A DNA stretch of 64,000 nt from Gammaproteobacteria bacterium (lineage in GTDB: Bacteria > Pseudomonadota > Gammaproteobacteria > Natronospirales > DASSBR01), in the NCBI GenBank assembly GCA_035690945.1, contig DASSJY010000018.1, positions 48,590 to 112,589 of the forward strand. Direction: 5' to 3'. Below, piece after piece: positions 44,343-54,153 of this stretch (the stretch's first letter is position 1; each line of letters begins with the position of its first letter). Under the pieces are notes generated by a model. It had not been told where the DNA came from and did not search any database. It worked only from the letters and a program-made list of their open reading frames with translations. The position numbers and the translations under genes are program-made.

Positions 44343-46157
44343 TCAGGCGCAAACCCGATCGCGCCCCAAATCCTTCGCTTCGTATAGTTTCTTGTCCGCC
44401 CGCCTTTGCAGTTGCTCCTGGTCGTAACAAGCGCCACCGGCGACGCCAATACTCATCGTAACCCGCAACCCCGGATGCACATACTCCCAGTCATAGTTGC
44501 TCATCATGTGACGGATGCGTTCGCATACGTTTAGAGCGCTGTCGACGTCGGTTTCCGGAAAGCAGATTACAAACTCTTCGCCTCCATAACGGGAAATGAT
44601 GTCGATCGACCGACAGGCGCGCCGTAGAATCTGAGCAGTAATGCGCAAGACTTCGTCGCCGGTGGCGTGCGAGCAACTATCGTTGATTCGTTTGAAGTTG
44701 TCGATATCGGCCATCCCAATGGCGATATCGCGCCCGAAGCGTTCGGCGCGCTGCAATTCGATCGTCAGGCGCTCGTCCATGTAGCGGCGATTGTATAGCC
44801 CCGTCAAGCTGTCTTCCTTGCTAAGGCGATCGAGTGCATCCGTCTTGCGCTGCAACTCCGTCAGCAGTCGTTCCTTCAGCTTGTTGGCTTCGCGGAGCGA
44901 GTCCGTTCGCTCGGCGACCCGATGTTCGAGTTCGAGTTTGTGCTCGGTCAACTCTTCAAAGAGCCGGGCATTGGCAAGTGCCGCGCCCACCTGCCCGGCG
45001 AACGTCACCATCAGATCAAGGTCGCTGCGCGTGAACTTGCCGGGAATAAAGTCCTGTACGCTCATGGCCCCCAGTACTCGACCGCGCCAAGTCACTGGCA
45101 CGCCTAACCAGCACGATGGGGTTTCGCCCACAATTACCGAACGACGCTTCAGCTCGCTGTTATCCCGAGCCCAATTCGAAATCAAGGCCGGCTGATTATG
45201 CTCAACGAGCCAGCCGAGTAACCCCTCTCTGGCAGGCACTTGTCTACGAGGCATCCGGCCGGCGCAACTATGATGTAGCACAAAATCGAGTTGCTGCTTC
45301 GCTTCGTCATAGAGTACCAAGTGAAATGCAGAGAAACTGAGCAACTGACGGCATTGCGTATAAATTAATTCCACCAACTCATCAAGATGAATCGAAGCGT
45401 TAGTCGCTTGCGCCAAGCGGTTCAGCGCCGTCATCTGATGAATGTGCAGTTCCAGGTCACTTCGATTCTGCGCGAATCGCCGCATGAGCAGGGAGAGCAG
45501 CAACAAAACCAGTACCAACAGCAAAAAGCTGCCGAGAGGTAGCCGATCATAGGCAATAGCTGTGAACACGGCCAATGGGACCATCGCCAGATCAACCAGA
45601 TTAGCGAATACCCAAATTGCTTGGCCGAAGGAAAGCCCGCGCACCCGTGACAAGATTCCCATCAATACGTGGTTGACGACTTGCATCGCCAGTGCCATAC
45701 AAATTACCGCTGCAACCGTTTGGCCATCGAGCTCGGTCAGCGGTGTTGTTCCGCCCAGCGCGTGCCATACGACTCCACCGGACAGGAGAACCAAGCTTTG
45801 CATGCCAACATTGTGTAGCGCGCGCCCGGTCGCCAATTTCCAGGAAAAGCCCTTCCTGTAACAGAGCAGAAACGGCCATATCAAATAGGCGAGCGCATTA
45901 ATAAGTATCGCCGTCAGGGGATCGAAAATCAGAAGAAAGGCGATCTGGCTGACGCGGTCGAGCCCGAGATAGCCAAAGAAAGGGGCGGGGAAAGCCATGG
46001 TCAGCGTTAACAGCGTGAACAGGGCAAAGCCGACAATGACAGGGAGTGAGGGTAGCGTTACACCGCCGAGGGCCGCCGTATATAAGAGAGCCGCGCAGCC
46101 GCAAGCCGCCATGAAGACGGCATAAATCATCTCTTTTCGTGTTATTCGTTGCGTCAT
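44343..46157 (-). CDS. Membrane-bound GAF-GGDEF diguanylate cyclase
   Basis: Start set at ATG 46157. About 7 N-terminal TM spans and a GAF-like middle. 'RSIDIISRYGGEEFVICF' (RxxD I-site 5 aa before GGEEF). Confidence 0.85.
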   Translation of the reverse strand: MTQRITRKEMIYAVFMAACGCAALLYTAALGGVTLPSLPVIVGFALFTLLTLTMAFPAPFFGYLGLDRVSQIAFLLIFDPLTAILINALAYLIWPFLLCYRKGFSWKLATGRALHNVGMQSLVLLSGGVVWHALGGTTPLTELDGQTVAAVICMALAMQVVNHVLMGILSRVRGLSFGQAIWVFANLVDLAMVPLAVFTAIAYDRLPLGSFLLLVLVLLLLSLLMRRFAQNRSDLELHIHQMTALNRLAQATNASIHLDELVELIYTQCRQLLSFSAFHLVLYDEAKQQLDFVLHHSCAGRMPRRQVPAREGLLGWLVEHNQPALISNWARDNSELKRRSVIVGETPSCWLGVPVTWRGRVLGAMSVQDFIPGKFTRSDLDLMVTFAGQVGAALANARLFEELTEHKLELEHRVAERTDSLREANKLKERLLTELQRKTDALDRLSKEDSLTGLYNRRYMDERLTIELQRAERFGRDIAIGMADIDNFKRINDSCSHATGDEVLRITAQILRRACRSIDIISRYGGEEFVICFPETDVDSALNVCERIRHMMSNYDWEYVHPGLRVTMSIGVAGGACYDQEQLQRRADKKLYEAKDLGRDRVCA

Positions 46158-46249
46158 GTGCGGCCCCCCAAGGGCCAACCCCGCGGAAAAACTACTCCAC
46201 CCCGCGTCCTTTGGCAAGCAGAGCGGCCTTCGTAGCACTACACCTGGCG

Positions 46250-47719
46250 CTATTTACCCGACGCCCGGCCCGGCCCGAGCAGCCGTTCGGCGATCTCGAA
46301 CAGCCCCTGCACCACCAGGGCCAGCAGCGCCGCGGGCACCGCGCCTTCCAGGATCAGCGGCACCGACGCGAGGCGGATGCCGGTGAGGATCGGCTGGCCG
46401 TAGCCGCCCGCCCCGATCAGCGCCGCGAGCGTGGCGGTGCCGATGTTGATCACCGCGGCGGTCTTGATGCCGGCGAGAATCGGCCGGAGCGCCAGCGGTA
46501 GTTCCACAAGACGCAGCCGAGCCAGTGGCGGCAGGCCCAGTGCCTCTGCCGACTCCGCCAGCGCCGGGTCTATATCGATCAGGCCGGCGTGAGTGTTGCG
46601 CACGATCGGCAGCAGGCTGTACAGGAACAGCGCCAGCATCGCCGGCGGACCGCCGATGCCGAGCAGCGGAATCATGAACACCAGCAGCGCGAGCGCCGGG
46701 ATGGTCTGCGCGATGCCGACGACGGCCAGGATCGTCTGCCCCGCCAGCCGCCAGCGCGCCGCGGCGATCCCGAGCGGAATTGCGATCAGGATCGCCGCGG
46801 CCAGCGATAGGCCAACCAGGTACAGGTGCTCACCGGTGCGCTGCGCCAGCCTGTCCCAAAAATCGGCCTCGGCCTCGCTGGGCTGGCCGATGAATTGCGC
46901 CGCAACAGCTGTGTCCGCGCGACCGTGGAGCTTCACCGCCGCATTCATGCGGCGCATTTCGGCCGTGCTGATCCGGTTGGCGAAGGCCTCGATACGTGCC
47001 ACCACTTTTGGCGCGCGCTGCGCCAGATCGGCACGGTACAGGAACACCGCGCGGTAGTCCGGGAAGTACTGGCGGTCGTCGCGCAGCAGTCGCAGGTGGT
47101 AATAAAGGACGTTGGCGTCGGTCGAGTAGACGTCGGTGACGTCGATCGCGCCGGCTGCCAGCGCCCGGTAGGCCAGCGCGTGCTCGAGCCCCCGCACGTC
47201 CGTTTGCGGCAGGTTGTAGGCGCCCTTGAGGCCGGGCCAGCCGTCGCCCCGGTCCATGAACTCGTTGCTGAAGCCGAGACGCAGGTGCGGGTAACGCTTG
47301 AGATCGCTGACGGTATGAATGCCTAGCCGCCGCGCTACCTTGCTGGCCATGCCGAGCGCATAGGTATTGTTGAAGCCGAGCGGCGGACCCATGCGAATGT
47401 GATGTTTCGCCAGCGCGCGTTCGAGTGCCGCGCGCCGATCCGGCACGTGCTCGCCGGCAAAAATCTCGCGCGCCAGCGTGCCGGTGTAGGCCGCGTAGAT
47501 ATCGATGTCACCGCGCACCAGCGCGTCCCAGACCACGCGCGTACCGCCCAGTTCGCGCCGGTGCGTCACGGTTGCGCCCGCCTCGCGCGCGAGGTCGGCG
47601 GCGATGTCGCCGAGAATGATCGATTCGGTGAACGCCTTGGAGCCGATCACCACGTGCGGCGGCGCCGCATGGGCGGCAAATGCAGCCAGCCCCAGCAGCA
47701 GCCCCGCGAACAGCTTCAC
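46250..47719 (-). CDS. Osmoprotectant (glycine betaine/choline-type) ABC transporter, fused substrate-binding (N) and permease (C) protein
   Basis: Signal peptide plus 'VVIGSKAFTESIILGDI...IDIYAAYTGT' (OpuBC/OsmF-like binding fold), then a permease with 'ESAEALGLPPLARLRLVELPLALRPILAG' (EAA loop). Confidence 0.8.
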   Translation of the reverse strand: MKLFAGLLLGLAAFAAHAAPPHVVIGSKAFTESIILGDIAADLAREAGATVTHRRELGGTRVVWDALVRGDIDIYAAYTGTLAREIFAGEHVPDRRAALERALAKHHIRMGPPLGFNNTYALGMASKVARRLGIHTVSDLKRYPHLRLGFSNEFMDRGDGWPGLKGAYNLPQTDVRGLEHALAYRALAAGAIDVTDVYSTDANVLYYHLRLLRDDRQYFPDYRAVFLYRADLAQRAPKVVARIEAFANRISTAEMRRMNAAVKLHGRADTAVAAQFIGQPSEAEADFWDRLAQRTGEHLYLVGLSLAAAILIAIPLGIAAARWRLAGQTILAVVGIAQTIPALALLVFMIPLLGIGGPPAMLALFLYSLLPIVRNTHAGLIDIDPALAESAEALGLPPLARLRLVELPLALRPILAGIKTAAVINIGTATLAALIGAGGYGQPILTGIRLASVPLILEGAVPAALLALVVQGLFEIAERLLGPGRASGK

Positions 47720-48456
47720 TGCGCGGCCTCGCCGAGGGGCTGGCGCTGCGCGTTGACAAAGCGGCTGACGAACGGCTCGGCGGGCGCGTTGAGCAGGTCG
47801 CTGATCGAGCCGCGCTGGACGATGCGCCCGTCGCGCAGCAGGATAATGTCGTCGCCCAGATAGGCGGCTTCTGCCAGATCGTGCGTCACCAGCACCACGG
47901 TCTTGTCGAGGCGCCCGAAGATGGCTTTCAGCTCGGCCTGCAAATCGTGGCGGATCAGCGGATCGAGTGCGCCCAATGGCTCGTCGAGCAGCAGGACGTC
48001 CGGATCGAGCATCAGCGCGCGCATCAGGGCGACGCGCTGGCGCTGCCCGCCGGACAGCGCCAGCGGATAGCGGTCGAGCTGGTCGTCATCGAGATCTACC
48101 AGGTCGGCCAGCTCGGCGACGCGCCGCTCGATCTCCCGCCGCGAGCGTTTCAGGTAGCGCGCTAGCAGGACGACATTGCCGCGTGCAGTCAGATGCGGAA
48201 ACAGCCCGCCTTCCTGGATGACGTAGCCGAGCCGGCGGCGGTGTTCGAGCGCGTTGGCCGGCGTCAGGGCATGTCCGTCGATTTCGACGCGGCCACCGTC
48301 GGCGAAAATGAGCCCCGCGAGCAGCTTTAACGCGGTGGACTTGCCCGAGCCGCTGGGGCCCAGCAGCACCGTCGTCGCCCGCGGCCGGAGCTCGGCCGTG
48401 ACTCCGCGTAAAGCGGCCACCGGGCCGAACTGCTTGTGTACGTCGCGCAGCAGCAT
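47716..48456 (-). CDS. ABC transporter ATP-binding protein (osmoprotectant system)
   Basis: Walker A 'GPSGSGKST', signature 'LSGGQRQRVAL', Walker B 'VLLLDEPLGALD'. 4-nt overlap with the permease gene. Confidence 0.9.
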   Translation of the reverse strand: MLLRDVHKQFGPVAALRGVTAELRPRATTVLLGPSGSGKSTALKLLAGLIFADGGRVEIDGHALTPANALEHRRRLGYVIQEGGLFPHLTARGNVVLLARYLKRSRREIERRVAELADLVDLDDDQLDRYPLALSGGQRQRVALMRALMLDPDVLLLDEPLGALDPLIRHDLQAELKAIFGRLDKTVVLVTHDLAEAAYLGDDIILLRDGRIVQRGSISDLLNAPAEPFVSRFVNAQRQPLGEAAQ

Positions 48457-48558
48457 GACCGCAATGTACCTTATTTCAGGCCGTGTCGAATCCGGTTAGA
48501 CTGGTTTCACAGTCGACTGGAGCAACCGCCGCCACGGATCAGGCGTCAGGAGTCCGCA

Positions 48559-49131
48559 ATGAAAACGGCATTTCGTCTCATGGTTCTACTGGCCGCCGCC
48601 GCGCTGGCGGCCTGCGCGACCGTCCCGCAGGTGCAATACAGCCCGCAGGCCAATTTTGCCTCGTACCATTCCTTTTACTGGGAGCCGGTCAAGCACGGGC
48701 AACCGGTCAAGAATCCGGTGCTCGACAGCCAGATCCTCGATCAGCGCGTGGAAAGCGCCATAGTCACCACACTCACCAGTCACGGCTACCGGCAGGTCGG
48801 CAGCGCCGACCAGGCAGATTTCATTGTCACCTACCGCACCGCCAGTGAGCAGCAGTTGCGCTCGGCGGGCGGCTTTCGCTTCGGCATCGGCTACGGCTAT
48901 CCATTCGGCTACCCTGTCTTCAACCCCTGGTTCGGCGCGACTTATTATCCGTATGCACCCCAGGTCGAGTCCTACCAGGAAGGTGATTTGATCGTCGACG
49001 TCATCGACGCCCGCACGAAGAAGCTGGTCTGGCGCGGCTGGACCAGCGCCGTCGTCAGACCGCAGAACTTCACGCAGCAGGCGGTCAATCAGATGGTCGC
49101 GGCGATCCTGGACCGTTTCCCGCCGGGATAA
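48559..49131 (+). CDS. DUF4136-like lipoprotein
   Basis: ATG 48559. Lipobox 'LAAC'. 'ADFIVTYR' and 'QEGDLIVDVIDARTKKLVWRGW' match the DUF4136 pattern. Confidence 0.65.
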   Translation: MKTAFRLMVLLAAAALAACATVPQVQYSPQANFASYHSFYWEPVKHGQPVKNPVLDSQILDQRVESAIVTTLTSHGYRQVGSADQADFIVTYRTASEQQLRSAGGFRFGIGYGYPFGYPVFNPWFGATYYPYAPQVESYQEGDLIVDVIDARTKKLVWRGWTSAVVRPQNFTQQAVNQMVAAILDRFPPG

Positions 49132-49194
49132 CCCTTGCAACATGATGGCGAGTGGAGCAGGCTTTGATTCGATAGCAATGCTGTCGGATCACGC

Positions 49195-50766
49195 ATGTAC
49201 GCCAATTACTTCGGGCTCAAGGAAAACGCGTTCACGATCACGCCGAACCCGCGCTATCTTTATCTGAGCGCGCGGCACGCGGAGGCGCTGGCGCATCTCG
49301 TCTATGGCGTTACCGAAAGCGGCGGCTTCATCCAGCTTACCGGCGAAGTCGGCACCGGCAAGACCACACTGATCCGCAGCCTGCTGGAACAACTGCCGGA
49401 ACATGCCGACATCGCGCTGATCGTCAATCCGAAAATGGCGCTGACGGAGTTCCTGCGCGCGATCTGCCGCGAACTCGGCGTGCCGCTGGAAGCCGACCTG
49501 TCCAGCGCAGACATCACCCAAAAGCTCAACGCCCACCTGCTCGACGCCCATGCGCGGGGCCGCCGCGTGGTGCTGATCGTCGACGAGGCGCAGGGACTGT
49601 CGGCGGACCTGCTCGAACAGATCCGGCTGCTGACCAACCTCGAAACCGAAAGCGCCAAGCTGATGCAGATCATCCTGGTCGGTCAGCCGGAACTGCGTGA
49701 GGTGCTGGCGCAGCGGGATTTGCGCCAGCTTGCCCAACGCGTCACCGGCCGTTATCACCTGACGCCGCTCGATGCTGCCGAGGCCGGGGCCTACGTCAAC
49801 CACCGCCTTGAAGTCGCCGGCGCCGGAGGGCCCATTTTTACGCCGGGCGCGTTGCGGCAACTGTATCGCCTCTCCGGCGGCATTCCGCGGTTGATCAACA
49901 TCCTTGCCGACCGCGCGCTGCTGGGCGCCTATGCCGCACAACGCCGCCAGTGCAATGCGCGGTTGGTGCGGCGCGCGGCGCACGAGGCGCTGGATACGTC
50001 GCCCCGACCACGACTTTGGATGGCGACGGCGGCGGCGTTGGTGGCCGTAACGCTGGCGCTGGCCGGACTGATCGTGTACGAGCACGCACTCGTCGCCGCG
50101 CCCAAGGCAGCGGCCGACCCGCCCGCCGCTCAACGAACCGACACCCTCACCCAATGGCTGACGCAAGCAGGCACCGCCGCCGACACCGACAGCGCATTTG
50201 CGACATTATTTTCGTTATGGGGCACGGCTTACGCCCCCGGCAGCGGCACGCCGGCCTGCCGGCAGGCGGACAATGCGGGACTGCGTTGTCTGTATCAGCA
50301 TGCATCGTGGCAGGACCTGGTCGCCTACGACCGTCCCGCGATTCTCACCCTGACGCTCGCCAACGGCACCCAGTACCAGGCCGTGATCAGCGGGCTGTCC
50401 GGCGGCCTCGTGACCCTGACCGCCGGCACCCATACGCGGACGTTCCCGCTCGCTGCGCTGCGCCGCGACTGGAACGGCGAATTCCTGCTGCTGTGGCAGC
50501 CGCCGCCGCACAGTGGCGGTGTGCTGCACGAAGGCATGTCCGGCCCGGCGGTCGCCTGGCTCGATAAACAGCTTGCCAAAGTTGATGGCGGGTCGCTGCC
50601 CGGCAGCGGGCTCGCCTACAATGCGGCCCTTGCCGATGCCGTGCGGCAGTTTCAAAAGACGCGCGGCCTGCAAGTTGACGGTATCGCCGGCGAGCAGACG
50701 CTGATCGAACTTAACAGCGTACTCAACCGTGCCGGCATTCCTCGATTAACGAAGGGATCGTCATGA
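49195..50766 (+). CDS. exeA: ExeA/GspA-type AAA ATPase with a C-terminal peptidoglycan-binding domain
   Basis: 'MYANYFGLKENAFTITPNPRYLYLSARHAEAL' and Walker A 'GEVGTGKTT'. C-terminal 'AVRQFQKTRGLQVDGIAGEQTL' (PG_binding_1-like). Confidence 0.85.
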   Translation: MYANYFGLKENAFTITPNPRYLYLSARHAEALAHLVYGVTESGGFIQLTGEVGTGKTTLIRSLLEQLPEHADIALIVNPKMALTEFLRAICRELGVPLEADLSSADITQKLNAHLLDAHARGRRVVLIVDEAQGLSADLLEQIRLLTNLETESAKLMQIILVGQPELREVLAQRDLRQLAQRVTGRYHLTPLDAAEAGAYVNHRLEVAGAGGPIFTPGALRQLYRLSGGIPRLINILADRALLGAYAAQRRQCNARLVRRAAHEALDTSPRPRLWMATAAALVAVTLALAGLIVYEHALVAAPKAAADPPAAQRTDTLTQWLTQAGTAADTDSAFATLFSLWGTAYAPGSGTPACRQADNAGLRCLYQHASWQDLVAYDRPAILTLTLANGTQYQAVISGLSGGLVTLTAGTHTRTFPLAALRRDWNGEFLLLWQPPPHSGGVLHEGMSGPAVAWLDKQLAKVDGGSLPGSGLAYNAALADAVRQFQKTRGLQVDGIAGEQTLIELNSVLNRAGIPRLTKGSS

Positions 50767-51389
50767 GTCTGCTGCTCGACGCCCTCAAGCGATCCGAGCA
50801 GGAGCGCGAACAGACGCTGGAAGGCCGGCTGAGCCATGCCGGCCGCGCACCCGGGCTGGCGCGCACACGTACGCCATGGGCGGTTATCATCGCGCTGCTG
50901 CTGTGCGTGAATATCGGCCTGCTTGCGATCTGGTTTGATTCGTCGCGACACAAGGTGGCCTCGCAGCGCGTTGAAGCGTCGGTGCCTGCAACCTTGGCGG
51001 TGCCCCATGAGGTTCGGTCGCTGGCGCGTGAAGCCGCCCTCGGGGTGACGGCGCAGACTGCCGGCGCGACGCCTGCGCCCGCGCCTCAAGCGGTGGCGGC
51101 AGGGACGACTGCTGCATCGAGCAGCGCGCCCAAGGCGTCAGCGGCGGCGCCGGGTGACGCACCGCCCTTGGAGACGCTGCCCCAGTCGGTCCAGCACCAA
51201 CTGCCGGAACTGCAGATGGAGATTCATGTTTATGCGCCCGATCCGGCCAAGCGTTTCGTGATGATCAACATGCATCGATATGTCGAGGGGGATACGCTTG
51301 CTGATGGGCCGAAAGTGGTTTCGATTACGGCTGATGGGGTGGTGTTGCGTTACCAGGGGCAAACGTTCCTGTTACCCGTTCGGGAGTAG
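50763..51389 (+). CDS. gspB: General secretion pathway protein B (GspB/ExeB)
   Basis: 'MSLLLDALKRSEQERE' N-terminus, one TM span, C-terminal 'FVMINMHRYVEGDTLADGPKVVSITADGVVLRYQG'. 4-nt overlap with exeA. Confidence 0.75.
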   Translation: MSLLLDALKRSEQEREQTLEGRLSHAGRAPGLARTRTPWAVIIALLLCVNIGLLAIWFDSSRHKVASQRVEASVPATLAVPHEVRSLAREAALGVTAQTAGATPAPAPQAVAAGTTAASSSAPKASAAAPGDAPPLETLPQSVQHQLPELQMEIHVYAPDPAKRFVMINMHRYVEGDTLADGPKVVSITADGVVLRYQGQTFLLPVRE

Positions 51390-51398
51390 GCACAAAAC

Positions 51399-52304
51399 CT
51401 AATGAGAGCCTCGGCCACGCGGTCCGTTCAGCAAATTCACCGGTGCGTACTGATCGGTCAACACCGGCGCATCGGGATTCCAGTCGACTTTGTCGCTGGC
51501 CAAATCGGCGATGTGATCAATATCTATTCCGAAGCGGCCGAGGTCGTGCGGGTAATCAGCCGCTTGCTTTTGCAGCTCGGCCGGCGACACCGGCTCGCCC
51601 TTGCGCGTCAGAATAATCCGGTTGCCGCTTAATCCCTTGACGTTCAGAAACCAGCCGAAGGCTTTTTTATAGGTCACCGATTCGCTGTCGTAGAGATCGC
51701 TCGACGAAAAGGTGTTCGCCACCAGCACTCCATTTGATGAGAGCAGCTTACGACATTCCTGCAAAAACTCGACCGTCATCAGGTGCGGTGGAATGTAGTC
51801 GCCGTTGAACGCGTCGAGAATAATCATGTCGTAGTGCTCGCCGCCGGCGATCGCATGCTTTATATAGACGCGCGCGTCGCTGACGATGATGTGCTGCGTC
51901 CCCGCCGGGTGATAATCGAAGAAGCGCTTGGCGACGTCGACCACCGCCGGGTCGATCTCAACCGTGTCGATCCGGGCCTTCGGATACAGCTCATGCAGCG
52001 TATACGGCAGCACTGCGCCGCCCAACCCGGCAATCAGGATGCGCTGCGGGTGGGGATCGAGGATCACGCCGCTCATCGCGTACTCGGTGTACGGAAACAC
52101 CATCTCGTCGCGGTTGAAATCGTAAATGCAGGACTGCTCCAACGGCACGTGGCGGTGCACCGAAAACTTGAGGCAGCGCACGTGACCGTCGTCAGTCACG
52201 ACGATGTTGCGGTACAGCGAGGTTTTCTTGTAAACGACCTGCGCATGAAGCAGCGCGGGGGCCAGCAGCAACCCCGCGGCGATCGCGAACAGGTGCAGTC
52301 TCAT
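51399..52304 (-). CDS. Spermidine synthase-like SAM-dependent transferase with its own signal peptide
   Basis: Start at ATG 52304 (MRLHLFAIAAGLLLAPALLHA). 'ILIAGLGGAVLP', 'IDTVEIDPAVV' and 'DMIILDAF' are spermidine-synthase-fold motifs. The longer 410-aa ORF was rejected. Confidence 0.7.
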   Translation of the reverse strand: MRLHLFAIAAGLLLAPALLHAQVVYKKTSLYRNIVVTDDGHVRCLKFSVHRHVPLEQSCIYDFNRDEMVFPYTEYAMSGVILDPHPQRILIAGLGGAVLPYTLHELYPKARIDTVEIDPAVVDVAKRFFDYHPAGTQHIIVSDARVYIKHAIAGGEHYDMIILDAFNGDYIPPHLMTVEFLQECRKLLSSNGVLVANTFSSSDLYDSESVTYKKAFGWFLNVKGLSGNRIILTRKGEPVSPAELQKQAADYPHDLGRFGIDIDHIADLASDKVDWNPDAPVLTDQYAPVNLLNGPRGRGSH

Positions 52305-52909
52305 GCCGGCTCCGGGACCGCGCTCGGCAAGCGGGCTGTCCACGCTACGACTCCGCCCAACAGCAGGATGCCGGCCAGTGCGAGAAGAATGTGATTCACT
52401 TCGAAATACAGCACCAGGTAAAACGACGTCGTGAGCGTACCGAGCGCGCTGCCGAGCGTGGAAACGAAATATAATTTGCCGGCGACCTGACCGCTTTCGG
52501 CGGTGGTCGCCACCAGCAGGCGGATAGCATAGGGCGAGATCACGCCAAGTATCAACGTCGGCAGCAGGAACAGCAGCAGCGCCGCACAGAGCGAGCCGTA
52601 GCGCGGGTCGTAGATGCTGGCGAAAATCCATTGCATCACCGGCTCGGCAAACAACACCAGCGGCACGATCGCCGCAGCGGCGAGCGCGAACACCAGCCCC
52701 AACTTGCGCAGACTGGGCCGCCTGAGAGACAACTGACCGCCGGCGAGATAGCCTAGCGCGAGCGCCAGCATGAAGACGGTGATGATGCTGCCCCAGACGT
52801 AAATGCTGTTGCCGAAGTACGGTGCGAGGATGCGCCCGCCGAGCAACTCGATCGACATGACGCTGTAGCCGGCGATAAAAACCAGCGCGAAGACCAGGCC
52901 CCGGAACAT
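52301..52909 (-). CDS. Polytopic membrane protein (membrane module of 'fused MFS/spermidine synthase' proteins)
   Basis: 202 aa, about 6 TM spans. Its stop overlaps the downstream start (ATGA at 52301-52304). Confidence 0.55.
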   Translation of the reverse strand: MFRGLVFALVFIAGYSVMSIELLGGRILAPYFGNSIYVWGSIITVFMLALALGYLAGGQLSLRRPSLRKLGLVFALAAAAIVPLVLFAEPVMQWIFASIYDPRYGSLCAALLLFLLPTLILGVISPYAIRLLVATTAESGQVAGKLYFVSTLGSALGTLTTSFYLVLYFEVNHILLALAGILLLGGVVAWTARLPSAVPEPA

Positions 52910-52989
52910 GTCGCTCCCTCGGAATGGCTAAGCAGTTCGGCTATCATAGCGGTTTTACCCGAACGACTTCTTCCTGTCTGGAGATTTAG

Positions 52990-54153
52990 GTGAGATCGCT
53001 GAACCCTTCCGATCTGTACGATGTGCGCGCAATGCTCGGCGAAGACGAGCAGATGGTGGCCGACACCGTCGCCCGCTTTATTGACGAACAGGCCCTGCCG
53101 ATTGTCGCAGAGGCTTTTGAAGCCGCGCGCTTTCCCAAGGAACTGGTGCCGGAAATGGCCAAACTCGGCATTCTCGGCAGCTCGATCGAAGGCTACGGTT
53201 GCGCCGGGCTGTCCGGCACTGCGTACGGGCTGATCTGCCAGGAACTGGAGCGCGGCGACAGTGGCTTGCGCAGTTTCGCGTCGGTGCAGTCGAGCCTGGT
53301 GATGTTCCCGATTCACGCTTACGGCTCCGAGGAGCAGAAAGAGCGCTGGCTGCCGGCGATGGCCGCGGCCGAGGCGATCGGCTGCTTCGGACTGACCGAG
53401 CCGCACGGCGGCTCCGACCCGTCGAACATGAAAACCGTCGCCAAAAAGCAGGGCGGCGACTGGGTGCTGAACGGCGCCAAGATGTGGATCACCAACGGCT
53501 CGATCGCCGATGTGGCGCTCGTCTGGGCGATGACCGATGACGGCGTCCGCGGCTTTCTGGTCGAGAAGGATATGAAAGGCTTCGCCGCACCGGAAGTGCA
53601 TCACAAGATGTCGCTGCGCGCGTCGATCACGTCGGCGCTGTACTTCGACAACGTGCATGTGCCGGAAGCCAATTTGCTGCCGGGCGTCAAAGGCCTCAAG
53701 GGCCCGTTGTCGTGCCTGACGCAGGCGCGCTACGGCATCGCCTGGGGCGCGATCGGCGCGGCGCTCGCCTGCTACAACGAGGTGCGCGAATACGTGAAGA
53801 CGCGCGAGCTGTTCGGTAAGACGCTCGACCACACCCAGTTGGTCCAGCTCCGCCTCGCCGACATGGCGCGGCGCATCACCATGGCGCAGGTACTGGCGAT
53901 TCGCCTCGGCCAGCTCAAGGACCAGGACCAGTTGCACCCGACGCAGGTGTCGATGGCCAAGTGGAACAACGTCCGCATGGCGCTCGATATTGCCCGCGAG
54001 GCGCGTGACATGCTGGGCGGCAGCGGCATAACCACTGAGTTCTGCCCGATCCGCCATGCATTGAATCTGGAAAGCGTGATCACCTATGAAGGGACTGAAT
54101 CGGTCCATCAGCTGGTGGTCGGCAAGGAAATCACTGGAGTGTCGGCTTTTTAA
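52990..54153 (+). CDS. gcdH: Glutaryl-CoA dehydrogenase
   Basis: GTG start. 'GCFGLTEPHGGSDPSNM', 'GLKGPLSCLTQARYGIAWGA' and 'TYEGTESVHQLVVG' follow the GcdH pattern closely. Confidence 0.8.
   Translation: MRSLNPSDLYDVRAMLGEDEQMVADTVARFIDEQALPIVAEAFEAARFPKELVPEMAKLGILGSSIEGYGCAGLSGTAYGLICQELERGDSGLRSFASVQSSLVMFPIHAYGSEEQKERWLPAMAAAEAIGCFGLTEPHGGSDPSNMKTVAKKQGGDWVLNGAKMWITNGSIADVALVWAMTDDGVRGFLVEKDMKGFAAPEVHHKMSLRASITSALYFDNVHVPEANLLPGVKGLKGPLSCLTQARYGIAWGAIGAALACYNEVREYVKTRELFGKTLDHTQLVQLRLADMARRITMAQVLAIRLGQLKDQDQLHPTQVSMAKWNNVRMALDIAREARDMLGGSGITTEFCPIRHALNLESVITYEGTESVHQLVVGKEITGVSAF

Noticed and set aside
43952-44449. A 165-aa minus-strand ORF covering the candidate precursor peptide region.
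   Set aside because: It runs antisense through the rSAM 3' end, the peptide ORF and the terminator hairpin. It has no RBS and no recognisable motif. The plus-strand peptide ORF has a strong SD and fits the operon logic.
46250-47719. The unusual domain order (binding protein N-terminal, permease C-terminal) in the fused osmoprotectant ABC component, considered as a possible mis-assembly or frameshift.
   Set aside because: It is a single uninterrupted frame with a signal peptide, a complete binding fold and a complete permease with an EAA loop. Fused forms of this transporter class are known, so I treat it as a normal gene.
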